From Eledone cirrhosa (lineage: Eukaryota): a stretch of 64,000 nucleotides of DNA. The stretch is taken from NCBI GenBank assembly GCA_964016885.1, contig OZ024745.1, positions 46,934,001-46,998,000 on the forward strand. Direction: 5' to 3'. Positions 39,551-52,849 of this stretch are shown piece after piece (position 1 is the stretch's first letter; each line of letters begins with the position of its first letter). Position numbers and translations under genes: made by a program. Under the pieces are notes generated by a model. That model worked only from the letters and a program-made list of their open reading frames with translations. It had not been told where the DNA came from and did no database searches.

Positions 39551-42500
39551 TTTTTATGGGGGGGTCCGTTTTTTATTTGGGTGCCCCGTTTTTTTATGGG
39601 GGGGGGGTCCGTTTTTTATTTGGGTACCCCGTTTTTTATTTGGGTGCTGCGTTTTTTTTATGGGGGGGGTTCCGTTTTTTATTTGGGTGACCCGTTTTTT
39701 ATTTGGGTGCCCCGTTTTTTTATGGGGGGGTCCCGTTTTTTATTTGGGTACCCCGTTTTTTATTTGGGTACCCCGTTTTTTTATGGGGGGGGGTCCGTTT
39801 TTTATTTGGGTGCCCCGTTTTTTATTTGGGTGCCCCGTTTTTTTATGGGGGGGGGGTCCGTTTTTTATTTGGGTGCCCCGTTTTTTTATGGGGGGGGGTC
39901 CCGTTTTTTATTTGGGTGCCCCGTTTTTTTATGGTGGGGTCCGTTTTTTATTTGGGTACCCCGTTTTTTATTTGGGTGCCCCGTTTTTTTATGGGGGGGG
40001 GTCCGTTTTTTATTTGGGTGCCCCGTTTTTTTATGGGAGGGGTCCGTTTTTCATTTGGGTGCCCCGTTTTTTTATGGGGGGGTCCCGTTTTTTATTTGGG
40101 TGCCCCGTTTTTTTATGGGGGGGGGGTCCGTTTTTTATTTGGGTGCCCCGTTTTTTTATGGGGGGGTCCCGTTTTTTATTTGGGTGCCCCGTTTTTTTAT
40201 GGGGGGGTCCGTTTTTTATTTGGGTACCCCGTTTTTTATTTGGGTGCCCCGTTTTTTTATGGGGGGGTCCCGTTTTTTATTTGGGTGCCCCGTTTTTTTA
40301 TGGGGGGGGTCCGTTTTTTATTTGGGTACCCCGTTTTTTATTTGGGTGCCCCGTTTTTTTATGGGGGGGTCCGTTTTTTATTTGGGTGCCCCGTTTTTTT
40401 ATGGGGGGGTCCGTTTTTTATCTGGGTGCCCCGTTTTTTATTTGGGTGCCCCGTTTTTTTTATGGGGGGGTCCGTTTTTTATTTGGGTGCCCCGTTTTTT
40501 TATGGGGGGGGGGGTCCGTTTTTTATTTGGGTGCCCCGTTTTTTATTTGGGTGCCCCGTGTTTTTATGGGTGGGGCCGTTTTTTATTTGGGTGCCCCGTT
40601 TTTTTATGGGGGGGTCCGTTTTTTATTTGGGTACCCCGTTTTTTATTTGGGTGCCCCGTTTTTTTATGGGGGGGTCCGTTTTTTATTTGGGTGCCCCGTT
40701 TTTTTATGGGGGGGGTCCGTTTTTTATTTGGGTGCCCCGTTTTATATTTGGGTGCCCCGTTTTTTATTTGGGTGCCCCGTTTTTTTATGGGGGGGTCCGT
40801 TTTTTATCTGGGTACCCCGTTTTTTATTTGGGTACCCCGTTTTTTATTTGGGTGCCCCGTTTTTTTATGGGGGGGTCCGTTTTTTATTTGGGTGCCCCGT
40901 TTTTTTTATGGGGGGGTCCGTTTTTTATTTGGGGACCCCGTCTTTTATTTGGGTGCCCCGTTTTTTTATGGGGGGGGTCCGTTTTGTATTTGGGTGCCCC
41001 GTTTTTTTATGGGGGGGTCCGTTTTTTATTTGGGTGCCCCGTTTTTTATTTGGGTACCCCGTTTTTTATTTGGGTGCACCGTTTTTTAATTGGGTGCCCC
41101 GTTTTTTTATGGGGGGTCCGTTTTTTATTTGGGTGCCCCGTTTTTTATTTGGGTACCCCGTTTTTTATTTGGGTGCCCCGTTTTTTTATGGGGGGGGTCC
41201 GTTTTTTATTTGGGTGCCCCGTTTTTTTATGGGGGGGTCCCTTTTTTTATTTGGGTGCCCCGTTTTTTTATGGGGGGGGGTCCGTTTTTTATTTGGGTAC
41301 CCCGTTTTTTATTTGGGTGCCCCGTTTTTTTATGGGGGGGTCCCGTTTTTTATTTGGGTGCCCCGTTTTTTTATGGGGGGGGGTCCGTTTTTTATTTGGG
41401 TACCCCGTTTTTTATTTGGGTGCCCGGTTTTTTTATGGGGGGGTCCGTTTTTTATTTGGGTGCCCCGTTTTTTTATGGGGGGGGGTCCGTTTTTTATTTG
41501 GGTGCCCCGTTTTTTATTTGGGTGCCCCGTGTTTTTATGGGGGGGGGGCCGTTTTTTATTTGGGTGCCCCGTTTTTTTATGGGGGGGTCCGTTTTTTATT
41601 TGGGTACCCCGTTTTTTATTTGGGTGCCCCGTTTTTTTATGGGGGGGTCCGTTTTTTATTTGGGTGCCCCGTTTTTTTATGGGGGGGTCCGTTTTTTATT
41701 TGGGTGCCCCGTTTTTTTATGGGGGGGTCCGTTTTTTATTTGGGTGCCCCGTTTTTTATTTGGGTACCCCGTTTTTTATTTGGGTGCCCCGTTTTTTATT
41801 TGGGTGCCCCGTTTTTTTATGGGGGGTCCGTTTTTTATTTGGGTGCCCCGTTTTTTATTTGGGTACCCCGTTTTTTATTTGGGTGCCCCGTTTTTTTATG
41901 GGGGGGTCCGTTTTTTATCTGGGTACCCCGTTTTTTATTTGGGTACCCCGTTTTTTATTTCGGTGCCCCGTTTTTTTATGGGGGGGGGGTCCGTTTTTTA
42001 TTTGGGTGCCCCGTTTTTTATGGGGGTGCCCCGTTTTTTTTATGGGGGGTCCGTTTTTTATTTGGGGACCCCGTTTTTTAATTGGGTGTCCCGTTTTTTT
42101 ATGGGGGGGGTCCGTTTTTTATTTGGGTGCCCCGTATTTTTATGGGGGGGTCCGTTTTTTATTTGGGTGCCCCGTTTTTTATTTGGGTACCCCGTTTTTT
42201 ATTTGGGTGCCCCGTTTTTTATGGGGGTGCCCCGTTTTTTTTATGGGGGGTCCGTTTTTTATTTGGGGACCCCGTGTTTTAATTGGGTGCCCCGTTTTTT
42301 TATGGGGGGGGCGTTTTTTATTTGGGTGCCCCGTTTTTTTATGGGGGGGGTCCGTTTTTTATTTGGGTACCCCGTTTTTTATTTGGGTGCCCCGTTTTTT
42401 TTATGGGGGGGGGGGTCCGTTTTTTATTTGGGTGCCCCGTTTTTTATTTGGGTACCCCGTTTTTTATTTGGGTGCCCCGTTTTTTATTTGGGTGTCCCGT

Positions 42501-45500
42501 TTTTTTATGGGGGGGGTCCGTTTTTTATTTGGGTGCCCCGTTTTTTTATGGGGGGGTCCGTTTTTTATTTGGGTACCCCGTTTTTTATTTGGGTGCCCCG
42601 TTTTTTTATGGGGGGGTACGTTTTTTATTTGGGTACCCCGTTTTTTATTTGGGTGCCCCGTTTTTTTATGGGGGGGATCCGTTTTTTATTTGGGTGCCCC
42701 GTTTTTTATTTGGGTACCCCGTTTTTTATTTGGGTGCCCCGTTTTTTTATGGGGGGGTCCGTTTTTTATCTGGGTACCCCGTTTTTTATTTGGGTACCGC
42801 GTTTTTTATTTGGGTGCCCCGTTTTTTTATGGGGGGGGGGTCCGTTTTTTATTTGGGTGCCCCGTTTTTTTTATGGGGGGGTCCGTTTTTTATTTGGGGA
42901 CCCCGTTTTTTATTTGGGTGCCCCGTTTTTTTATGGGGGGGGTCCGTTTTTTATTTGGGTGCCCCGTTTTTTTATGGGGGGGGGTCCGTTTTTTATTTGG
43001 GTGCCCCGTTTTTTATTTGGGTGCCCCGTTTTTTTATGGGGGGGTCCGTTTTTTATCTGGGTACCCCGTTTTTTATTTGGTTACCCCGTTTTTTATTTGG
43101 GTGCCCCGTTTTTTTATGGGGGGGGTCCGTTTTTTATTTGGGTGCCCCGTTTTTTATGGGGGTGCCCCGTTTTTTTTTATGGGGGGTCCGTTTTTTATTT
43201 GGGGACCCCGTTTTTTAATTGGGTGCCCCGTTTTTTTATGGGGGGGTCCGTTTTTTATTTGGGTGCCCCGTTTTTTTATGGGGGGGTTCGTTTTTTATTT
43301 GGGTGCCCCGTTTTTTATTTGGGTGCCCCGTTTTTTATTTGGGTGCCCCGTTTTTTTATGGGGGGGGCGTTTTTTATTTGGGTGCCCCGTTTTTTTATGG
43401 GGGGGGTCCGTTTTTTATTTGGGTACCCCGTTTTTTATTTGGGTGCCCCGTTTTTTTTATGGGGGGGGTCCGTTTTTTATTTGGGTGCCCCGTTTTTTAT
43501 TTGGGTACCCCGTTTTTTATTTGGGTGCCCCGTTTTTTATTTGGGTGTCCCGTTTTTTTATGGGGGGGGGTCCGTTTTTTATTTGGGTGCACCGTTTTTT
43601 TATGGGTGGGGGTCCGTTTTTTATTTGGGTACCCCGTTTTTTATTTGGGTGCCCCGTTTTTTTATGGGGGGGTCCGTTTTTTATTTGGGTACCCCGTTTT
43701 TTATTTGGGTGCCCCGTTTTTTTATGGGGGGGATCCGTTTTTTATTTGGGTGCCCCGTTTTTTATTTGGGTGCCCCGTTTTTTTATGGGGGGGGGTCCGT
43801 TTTTTATTTGGGTGCCCCGTTTTTTTATGGGGGGGGTCCGTTTTTTATTTGGGTGCCCCGTTTTTTATTTGGGTGCCCCGTTTTTTTATGGGGGGGATCC
43901 GTTTTTTATTTGGGTGCCCCGTTTTATATTTGGGTGACCCGTTTTTTATTTGGGTGCCCCGTTTTTTTATGGGGGGGGGCGTTTTTTTATCTGGGTACCC
44001 CGTTTTTTATTTGGGTACCGCGTTTTTTATTTGGGTGCCCCGTTTTTTTATGGGGGGGGGTCCGTTTTTTATTTGGGTGCCCCGTTTTTTTATGGGGGGG
44101 GTCCGTTTTTTATTTGGGTGCCCCGTTTTTTTATGGGGGGGGGGTCCGTTTTTTATTTGGGTGCCCCGTTTTTTATTTGGGTAACCTGTTTTTTATTTGG
44201 GTGCCCCGTTTTTTTATGGGGGGGTCCGTTTTTTATTTGGGTGCCCCGTTTTTTATTTGGGTGCCTCGTTTTTTTATGGGGGGGGGCGTTTTTTATTTGG
44301 GTGCCCAGTTTTTTTATGGGGGGGGGTCCGTTTTTTATTTGTGTACCCCGTTTTTTATTTGGGTGCCCCGTTTTTTTATGGGGGGGGGTCCGTTTTTTAT
44401 TTGGGTGCCCCGTTTTTTTATGGGGGGGGTCCGTTTTTTATCTGGGTACCCCGTTTTTTATTTGGGTACCGCGTTTTTTATTTGGGTGCCCCGTTTTTTT
44501 ATGGGGGGGGTCCGTTTTTTATTTGGGTGCCCCGTTTTTTTTATGGGGGGGTCCGTTTTTTATTTGGGGACCCCGTTTTTTATTTGGGTGCCCCGTTTTT
44601 TTATGGGGGGGGTCCGTTTTTTATTTGGGTGCCCCGTTTTTTTATGGGGGGGGTCCGTTTTTTATTTGGGTGCCCCGTTTTTTATTTGGGTACCCCGTTT
44701 TTTATTTGGGTGCCCCGTTTTTTTATGGGGGGGTCCGTTTTTTATCTGGGTACCCCGTTTTTTATTTGGGTACCCCGTTTTTTATTTGGGTGCCCCGTTT
44801 TTTTATGGGGGGGGTCCGTTTTTTATTTGGGTGCCCCGTTTTTTATGGGGGTGCCCCGTTTTTTTTATGGGGGGTCCGTTTTTTATTTGGGGACCCCGTT
44901 TTTTAATTGGGTGCCCCGTTTTTTTATGGGGGGGTCCGTTTTTTATTTGGGTGCCCCGTTTTTTTATGGGGGGGTCCGTTTTTTATTTGGGTGCCCCGTT
45001 TTTTATTTGGGTACCCCGTTTTTTATTTGGGTGCCCCGTTTTTTTATGGGGGGGTCCGTTTTTTATTTGGGTGCCCCGTTTTTTATTTGGGTGCCCCGTT
45101 TTTTATTTGGGTGCCCCGTTTTTTTATGGGGGGGGGGCGTTTTTTATTTGGGTGCCCCGTTTTTTTATGGGGGGGTCCGTTTTTTATTTGGGTACCCCGT
45201 TTTTTATTTGGGTGCCCCGTTTTTTTTATGGGGGGGGTCCGTTTTTTATTTGGGTGCCCCGTTTTTTATTTGGGTACCCCGTTTTTTATTTGGGTGTCCC
45301 GTTTTTTATTTGGGTGTCCCGTTTTTTTATGGGGGGGGGGTCCGTTTTTTATTTGGGTGCCCCGTTTTTTTATGGGTGGGGGTCCGTTTTTTATTTGGGT
45401 ACCCCGTTTTTTATTTGGGTGCCCCGTTTTTTTATGGGGGGGTCCGTTTTTTATTTGGGTGCCCCGTTTTTTATTTGGGTGCCCCGTTTTTTTATGGGGG

Positions 45501-48500
45501 GGGGGTCCGTTTTTTATTTGGGTACCCCGTTTTTTATTTGGGTGCCCCGTTTTTTTATGGGGGGGTCCGTTTTTTATTTGGGTACCCCGTTTTTTATTTG
45601 GGTGCCCCGTTTTTTTATGGGGGGGATCCGTTTTTTATTTGGGTGCCCCGTTTTTTATTTGGGTGCCCCGTTTTTTTATGGGGGGGGGGTCCGTTTTTTA
45701 TTTGGGTGCCCCGTTTTTTTATGGGGGGGTCCGTTTTTTATTTGGGTGCCCCGTTTTTTATTTGGGTGCCCCGTTTTTTTATGGGGGGGATCCGTTTTTT
45801 ATTTGGGTGCCCCGTTTTATATTTGGGTGACCCGTTTTTTATTTGGGTGCCCCGTTTTTTTATGGGGGGGGGCCGTTTTTTATCTGGGTACCCCATTTTT
45901 TATTTGGGTACCGCGTTTTTTATTTGGGTGCCCCGTTTTTTTATGGGGGGGGTCCGTTTTTTATTTGGGTGCCCCGTTTTTTTATGGGGGGGTCCGTTTT
46001 TTATTTGGGTGCCCCGTTTTTTTATGGGGGGGTCCGTTTTTTATTTGGGTGCCCCGTTTTTTATTTGGGTGCCCCGTTTTTTTATGGGGGGGGGGTCCGT
46101 TTTTTATTTGGGTGCCCCGTTTTTTTATGGGGGGGTCCGTTTTTTATTTGGGTGCCCCGTTTTTTATTTGGGTGCCCCGTTTTTTTATGGGGGGGATCCG
46201 TTTTTTATTTGGGTGCCCCGTTTTATATTTGGGTGACCCGTTTTTTATTTGGGTGCCCCGTTTTTTTATGGGGGGGGGCCGTTTTTTATCTGGGTACCCC
46301 GTTTTTTATTTGGGTACCGCGTTTTTTATTTGGGTGCCCCGTTTTTTTATGGGGGGGGTCCGTTTTTTATTTGGGTGCCCCGTTTTTTTATGGGGGGGTC
46401 CGTTTTTTATTTGGGTGCCCCGTTCTTTTATGGGGGGGGTCCGTTTTTTATTTGGGTGCCCCGTTTTATATTTGGGTGCCCCGTTTTTTATTTGGGTGCC
46501 CCGTTTTTTTATGGGGGGGGTCCGTTTTTTATCTGGGTACCCCGTTTTTTATTTGGGTACCCCGTTTTTTATTTGGGTGCCCCGTTTTTTTATGGGGGGG
46601 ATCCGTTTTTTATTTGGGTGCCCCGTTTTTTATTTGGGTGCCCCGTTTTTTATTTGGGTGCCTCGTTTTTTTATGGGGGGGGGGGGGCGTTTTTTATTTG
46701 GGTGCCCAGTTTTTTTATGGGGGGGGGTCCGTTTTTTATTTGTGTACCCCGTTTTTTATTTGGGTGCCCCGTTTTTTTATGGGGGGGGTCCGTTTTTTAT
46801 TTGGGTGCCCCGTTTTTTTATGGGGGGGATCCGTTTTTTATTTGGGTGCCCCGTTTTATATTTGGGTGCCCCGTTTTTTATTTGGGTGCCCCGTTTTTTT
46901 ATGGGGGGGGTCCGTTTTTTATCTGGGTACCCCGTTTTTTATTTGGGTACCCCGTTTTTTATTTGGGTGCCCCGTTTTTTTATGGGGGGGGGTCCGTTTT
47001 TTATTTCGGTGCCCCGTTTTTTTATGGGGGGGTCCGTTTTTTATTTGGGTGCCCCGTTTTTTATTTGGGTGCCCCGTTTTTTTATGGGGGGGATCCGTTT
47101 TTTATTTGGGTGCCCCGTTTTTTATTTGGGTGCCCCGTTTTTTATGGGGGGGTGCGTTTTTTATTTGGGTGACCCGTTTTTTTATGGGGGGGGGTCTGTT
47201 TTTTATTTGGGTGCCCCGTTTTTTATTTGGGTACCCCGTTTTTTATTTGGGTGCCCCGTTTTTTTATGGGGGGTCCGTTTTTTATTTGGGTGCCCCGTTT
47301 TTTATTTGGGTACCCCGTTTTTTATTTGGGTGCCCCGTTTTTTTATGGGGGGGGTCCGTTTTTTATTTGCGTGCCCCGTTTTTTTATGGGGGGGTCCCGT
47401 TTTTTATTTGGGTGCCCCGTTTTTTTATGGGGGGGGGTCCGTTTTTTATTTGGGTACCCCGTTTTTTATTTGGGTGCCCCGTTTTTTTATGGGGGGGGGT
47501 CCGTTTTTTATTTGGGTACCCCGTTTTTTATTTGGGTGCCCCGTTTTTTTTATGGGGGGGGTCCGTTTTTTATTTGGGTGCCCCGTTTTTTATTTGGGTG
47601 CCCCGTTTTTTTATGGGGGGGTCCGTTTTTTATTTGGGTACCCCGTTTTTTATTTGGGTGCCCCGTTTTTTTATGGGGGGGTCCGTTTTTTATTTGGGTG
47701 CCCCGTTTTTTTATGGGGGGGGTCCGTTTTTTATTTGGGTGCCCCGTTTTTTATTTGGGTGCCCCGTTTTTTTATGGGGGGGATCCGTTTTTTATTTGGG
47801 TGCCCCGTTTTTTTATGGGGGAGGTCCGTTTTTTATTTGGGTGCCCCGTTTTTTATTTGGGTACCCCGTTTTTTATTTGGGTGCCCCGTTTTTTTATGGG
47901 GGGGCTCCGTTTTTTATTTGGGTGCCCCGTTTTTTTTATGGGGGGGTCCGTTTTTTATTTGGGGACCCCGTTTTTTATTTGGGTGCCCCGTTTTTTTATG
48001 GGGGGGGTCCGTTTTTTATTTGGGTGCCCCGTTTTTTTATGGGGGCGGTCCGTTTTTTATTTGGGTGCCCCGTTTTTTATTTGGGTACCCCGTTTTTTAT
48101 TTGGGTGCCCCGTTTTTTTATGGGGGGGTCCGTTTTTTATCTGGGTACCCCGTTTTTTATTTGGGTACCCCGTTTTTTTATGGGGGGGGTCCGTTTTTTA
48201 TTTGGGTGCCCCGTTTTTTTATGGGGGGGGTCCGTTTTTTAATTGGGTGCCCCGTTTTTTTATGGGGGGGTCCGTTTTTTATTTGGGTGCCCCGTTTTTT
48301 TATGGGGGGGGTCCGTTTTTTATTTGGGTGCCCCGTTTTTTATTTGGGTACCCCGTTTTTTATTTGGGTGCCCCGTTTTTTTATGGGGGGGTCCGTTTTT
48401 TATTTGGGTGCCCCGTTTTTTATTTGGGTGCCCCGTTTTTTTATGGGGGGGGCGTTTTTTATTTGGGTGCCCCGTTTTTTTATGGGGGGGGGTCCGTTTT

Positions 48501-51500
48501 TTATTTGGGTACCCCGTTTTTTATTTGGGTGCCCCGTTTTTTTTATGGGGGGGGTCCGTTTTTTATTTGGGTGCCCCGTTTTTTATTTGGGTACCCCGTT
48601 TTTTATTTGGGTGCCCCGTTTTTTATTTGGGTGTCCCGTTTTTTTATGGGGGGGGGTCCGTTTTTTATTTGGGTGCCCCGTTTTTTTATGGGGGGGGGTC
48701 CGTTTTTTATTTGGGTACCCCGTTTTTTATTTGGGTGCCCCGTTTTTTTATGGGGGGGGGTCCGTTTTTTATTTGGGTACCCCGTTTTTTATTTGGGTGC
48801 CCCGTTTTTTTATGGGGGGGATCCGTTTTTTATTTGGGTGCCCCGTTTTTTATTTGGGTGCCCCGTTTTTTTATGGGGGGGGTCCGTTTTTTATTTGGGT
48901 GCCCCGTTTTTTTATGGGGGGGTCCGTTTTTTATTTGGGTGCCCCGTTTTTTATTTGGGTGCCCCGTTTTTTTATGGGGGGGATCCGTTTTTTATTTGGG
49001 TGCCCCGTTTTATATTTGGGTGCCCCGTTTTTTATTTGGGTGCCCCGTTTTTTTATTGGGGGGGTCCGTTTTTTATCTGGGTACCCCGTTTTTTATTTGG
49101 GTACCGCGTTTTTTATTTGGGTGCCCCGTTTTTTTATGGGGGGGTCCGTTTTTTATTTGGGTGCCCCGTTTTTTATTTGGGTTCCCCGTTTTTTATTTGG
49201 GTGCCCCGTTTTTTTATGGGGGGGTCCGTTTTTTATTTGGGTGCCCCGTTTTTTATTTGGGTGCCCCGTTTTTTTATGGGGGGGTCCGTTTTTTATTTGG
49301 GTACCCCGTTTTTTATTTGGGTGCCCCGTTTTTTTATGGGGGGGATCCGTTTTTTATTTGGGTGCCCCGTTTTTTATTTGGGTGCCCCGTTTTTTTATGG
49401 GGGGGGGGTCCGTTTTTTATTTGGGTGCCCCGTTTTTTTATGGGGGGGTCCGTTTTTTATTTGGGTGCCCCGTTTTTTATTTGGGTGCCCCGTTTTTTTA
49501 TGGGGGGGATCCGTTTTTTATTTGGGTGCCCCGTTTTATATTTGGGTGCCCCGTTTTTTATTTGGGTGCCCCGTTTTTTTATTGGGGGGGTCCGTTTTTT
49601 ATCTGGGTACCCCGTTTTTTATTTGGGTACCGCGTTTTTTATTTGGGTGCCCCGTTTTTTTATGGGGGGGGTCCGTTTTTTATTTGGGTGCCCCGTTTTT
49701 TTATGGGGGGGGTCCGTTTTTTATTTGGGTGCCCCGTTTTTTTATGGGGGAGGTCCGTTTTTTATTTGGGTGCCCCGTTTTTTATTTGGGTACCCCGTTT
49801 TTTATTTGGGTGCCCCGTTTTTTTATGGGGGGGGTCCGTTTTTTATTTGGGTGCCCCGTTTTTTTTATGGGGGGGTCCGTTTTTTATTTGGGGACCCCGT
49901 TTTTTATTTGGGTGCCCCGTTTTTTTATGGGGGGGGTCCGTTTTTTATTTGGGTGCCCCGTTTTTTTATGGGGGGGGTCCGTTTTTTATTTGGGTGCCCC
50001 GTTTTTTATTTGGGTACCCCGTTTTTTATTTGGGTGCCCCGTTTTTTTATGGGGGGGGGGTCCGTTTTTTATCTGGGTACCCCGTTTTTTATTTGGGTAC
50101 CGCGTTTTTTATTTGGGTGCCCCGTTTTTTTATGGGGGGGGTCCGTTTTTTATTTGGGTGCCCCGTTTTTTTTATGGGGGGGTCCGTTTTTTATTTGGGG
50201 ACCCCGTTTTTTATTTGGGTGCCCCGTTTTTTTATGGGGGGGGTCCGTTTTTTATTTGGGTGCCCCGTTTTTTTATGGGGGGGGTCCGTTTTTTAATTGG
50301 GTGCCCCGTTTTTTTATGGGGGGGTCCGTTTTTTATTTGGGTGCCCCGTTTTTTTATGGGGGGGTCCGTTTTTTATTTGGGTGCCCCGTTTTTTATTTGG
50401 GTACCCCGTTCTTTATTTGGGTGCCCCGTTTTTTTATGGGGGGGTCCGTTTTTTATTTGGGTGCCCCGTTTTTTATTTGGGTGCCCCGTTTTTTTATGGG
50501 GGGGGCGTTTTTTATTTGGGTGCCCCGTTTTTTATTTGGGTACCCCGTTTTTTATTTGGGTGCCCCGTTTTTTTATGGGGGGGTCCGTTTTTTATTTGGG
50601 TGCCCCGTTTTTTATTTGGGTGCCTCGTTTTTTTATGGGGGGGGGGCGTTTTTTATTTGGGTGCCCAGTTTTTTTATGGGGGGGGTCCGTTTTTTATTTG
50701 TGTACCCCGTTTTTTATTTGGGTGCCCCGTTTTTTTATGGGGGGGATCCGTTTTTTATTTGGGTGCCCCGTTTTATATTTGGGTGCCCCGTTTTTTATTT
50801 GGGTGCCCCGTTTTATATTTGGGTGCCCCGTTTTTTATTTGGGTGCCCCGTTTTTTTATTGGGGGGGTCCGTTTTTTATCTGGGTACCCCGTTTTTTATT
50901 TGGGTACCGCGTTTTTTATTTGGGTGCCCCGTTTTTTTATGGGGGGGTCCCGTTTTTTATTTGGGTGCCCCGTTTTTTTATGGGGGGGGGGTCCGTTTTT
51001 TATTTGGGTACCCCGTTTTTTATTTGGGTGCCCCGTTTTTTTATGGGGGGGGTCCGTTTTTTATTTGGGTACCCCGTTTTTTATTTGGGTGCCCCGTTTT
51101 TTTATGGGGGGGGTCCGTTTTTTATTTGGGTGCCCCGTTTTTTATTTGGGTGCCCCGTTTTTTTATGGGGGGGTCCGTTTTTTATTTGGGTACCCCGTTT
51201 TTTATTTGGGTGCCCCGTTTTTTTATGGGGGGGTCCGTTTTTTATTTGGGTGCCCCGTTTTTTTATGGGGGGGGTCCGTTTTTTATTTGGGTACCCCGTT
51301 TTTTATTTGGGTGCCCCGTTTTTTTATGGGGGGATCCGTTTTTTATTTGGGTGCCCCGTTTTTTTTATGGGGGGGTCCGTTTTTTATTTGGGGACCCCGT
51401 TTTTTATTTGGGTGCCCCGTTTTTTTATGGGGGGGGTCCGTTTTTTATTTGGGTGCCCCGTTTTTTTATGGGGGGGGTCCGTTTTTTATTTGGGTGCCCC

Positions 51501-52849
51501 GTTTTTTATTTGGGTACCCCGTTTTTTATTTGGGTGCCCCGTTTTTTTATGGGGGGGTCCGTTTTTTATCTGGGTACCCCGTTTTTTATTTGGGTACCCC
51601 GTTTTTTATTTGGGTGCCCCGTTTTTTTATGGGGGGGGTCCGTTTTTTATTTGGGTGCCCCGTTTTTTATGGGGGTGCCCCGTTTTTTTTATGGGGGGTC
51701 CGTTTTTTATTTGGGGACCCCGTTTTTTAATTGGGTGCCCCGTTTTTTTATGGGGGGGTCCGTTTTTTATTTGGGTGCCCCGTTTTTTTATGGGGGGGTC
51801 CGTTTTTTATTTGGGTGCCCCGTTTTTTATTTGGGTACCCCGTTTTTTATTTGGGTGCCCCGTTTTTTTATGGGGGGGTCCGTTTTTTATTTGGGTGCCC
51901 CGTTTTTTATTTGGGTGCCCCGTTTTTTATTTGGGTGCCCCGTTTTTTTATGGGGGGGGGCGTTTTTTATTTGGGTGCCCCGTTTTTTTATGGGGGGGGT
52001 CCGTTTTTTATTTGGGTACCCCGTTTTTTATTTGGGTGCCCCGTTTTTTTTATGGGGGGGGTCCGTTTTTTATTTGGGTGCCCCGTTTTTTATTTGGGTA
52101 CCCCGTTTTTTATTTGGGTGTCCCGTTTTTTATTTGGGTGTCCCGTTTTTTTATGGGGGGGGGGGTCCGTTTTTTATTTGGGTGCCCCGTTTTTTTATGG
52201 GTGGGGGTCCGTTTTTTATTTGGGTACCCCGTTTTTTATTTGGGTGCCCCGTTTTTTTATGGGGGGGTCCGTTTTTTATTTGGGTACCCCGTTTTTTATT
52301 TGGGTGCCCCGTTTTTTTATGGGGGGAACCGTTTTTTATTTGGGTGCCCCGTTTTTTATTTGGGTGCCCCGTTTTTTTATGGGGGGGGGTCCGTTTTTTA
52401 TTTGGGTGCCCCGTTTTTTTATGGGGGGGTCCGTTTTTTATTTGGGTGCCCCGTTTTTTATTTGGGTGCCCCGTTTTTTTATGGGGGGGATCCGTTTTTT
52501 ATTTGGGTGCCCCGTTTTATATTTGGGTGACCCGTTTTTTATTTGGGTGCCCCGTTTTTTTATGGGGGGGGGCCGTTTTTTATCTGGGTACCCCGTTTTT
52601 TATTTGGGTACCGCGTTTTTTATTTGGGTGCCCCGTTTTTTTATGGGGGGGGTCCGTTTTTTATTTGGGTGCCCCGTTTTTTATTTGGGTACCCCGTTTT
52701 TTATTTGGGTGCCCCGTTTTTTTATGGGGGGGTCCGTTTTTTATTTGGGTGCCCCGTTTTTTATTTGGGTGCCTCGTTTTTTTATGGGGGGGGTCCGTTT
52801 TTTATTTGGGGACCCCGTTTTTTATTTGGGTACCCCGTTTTTTATTTGG

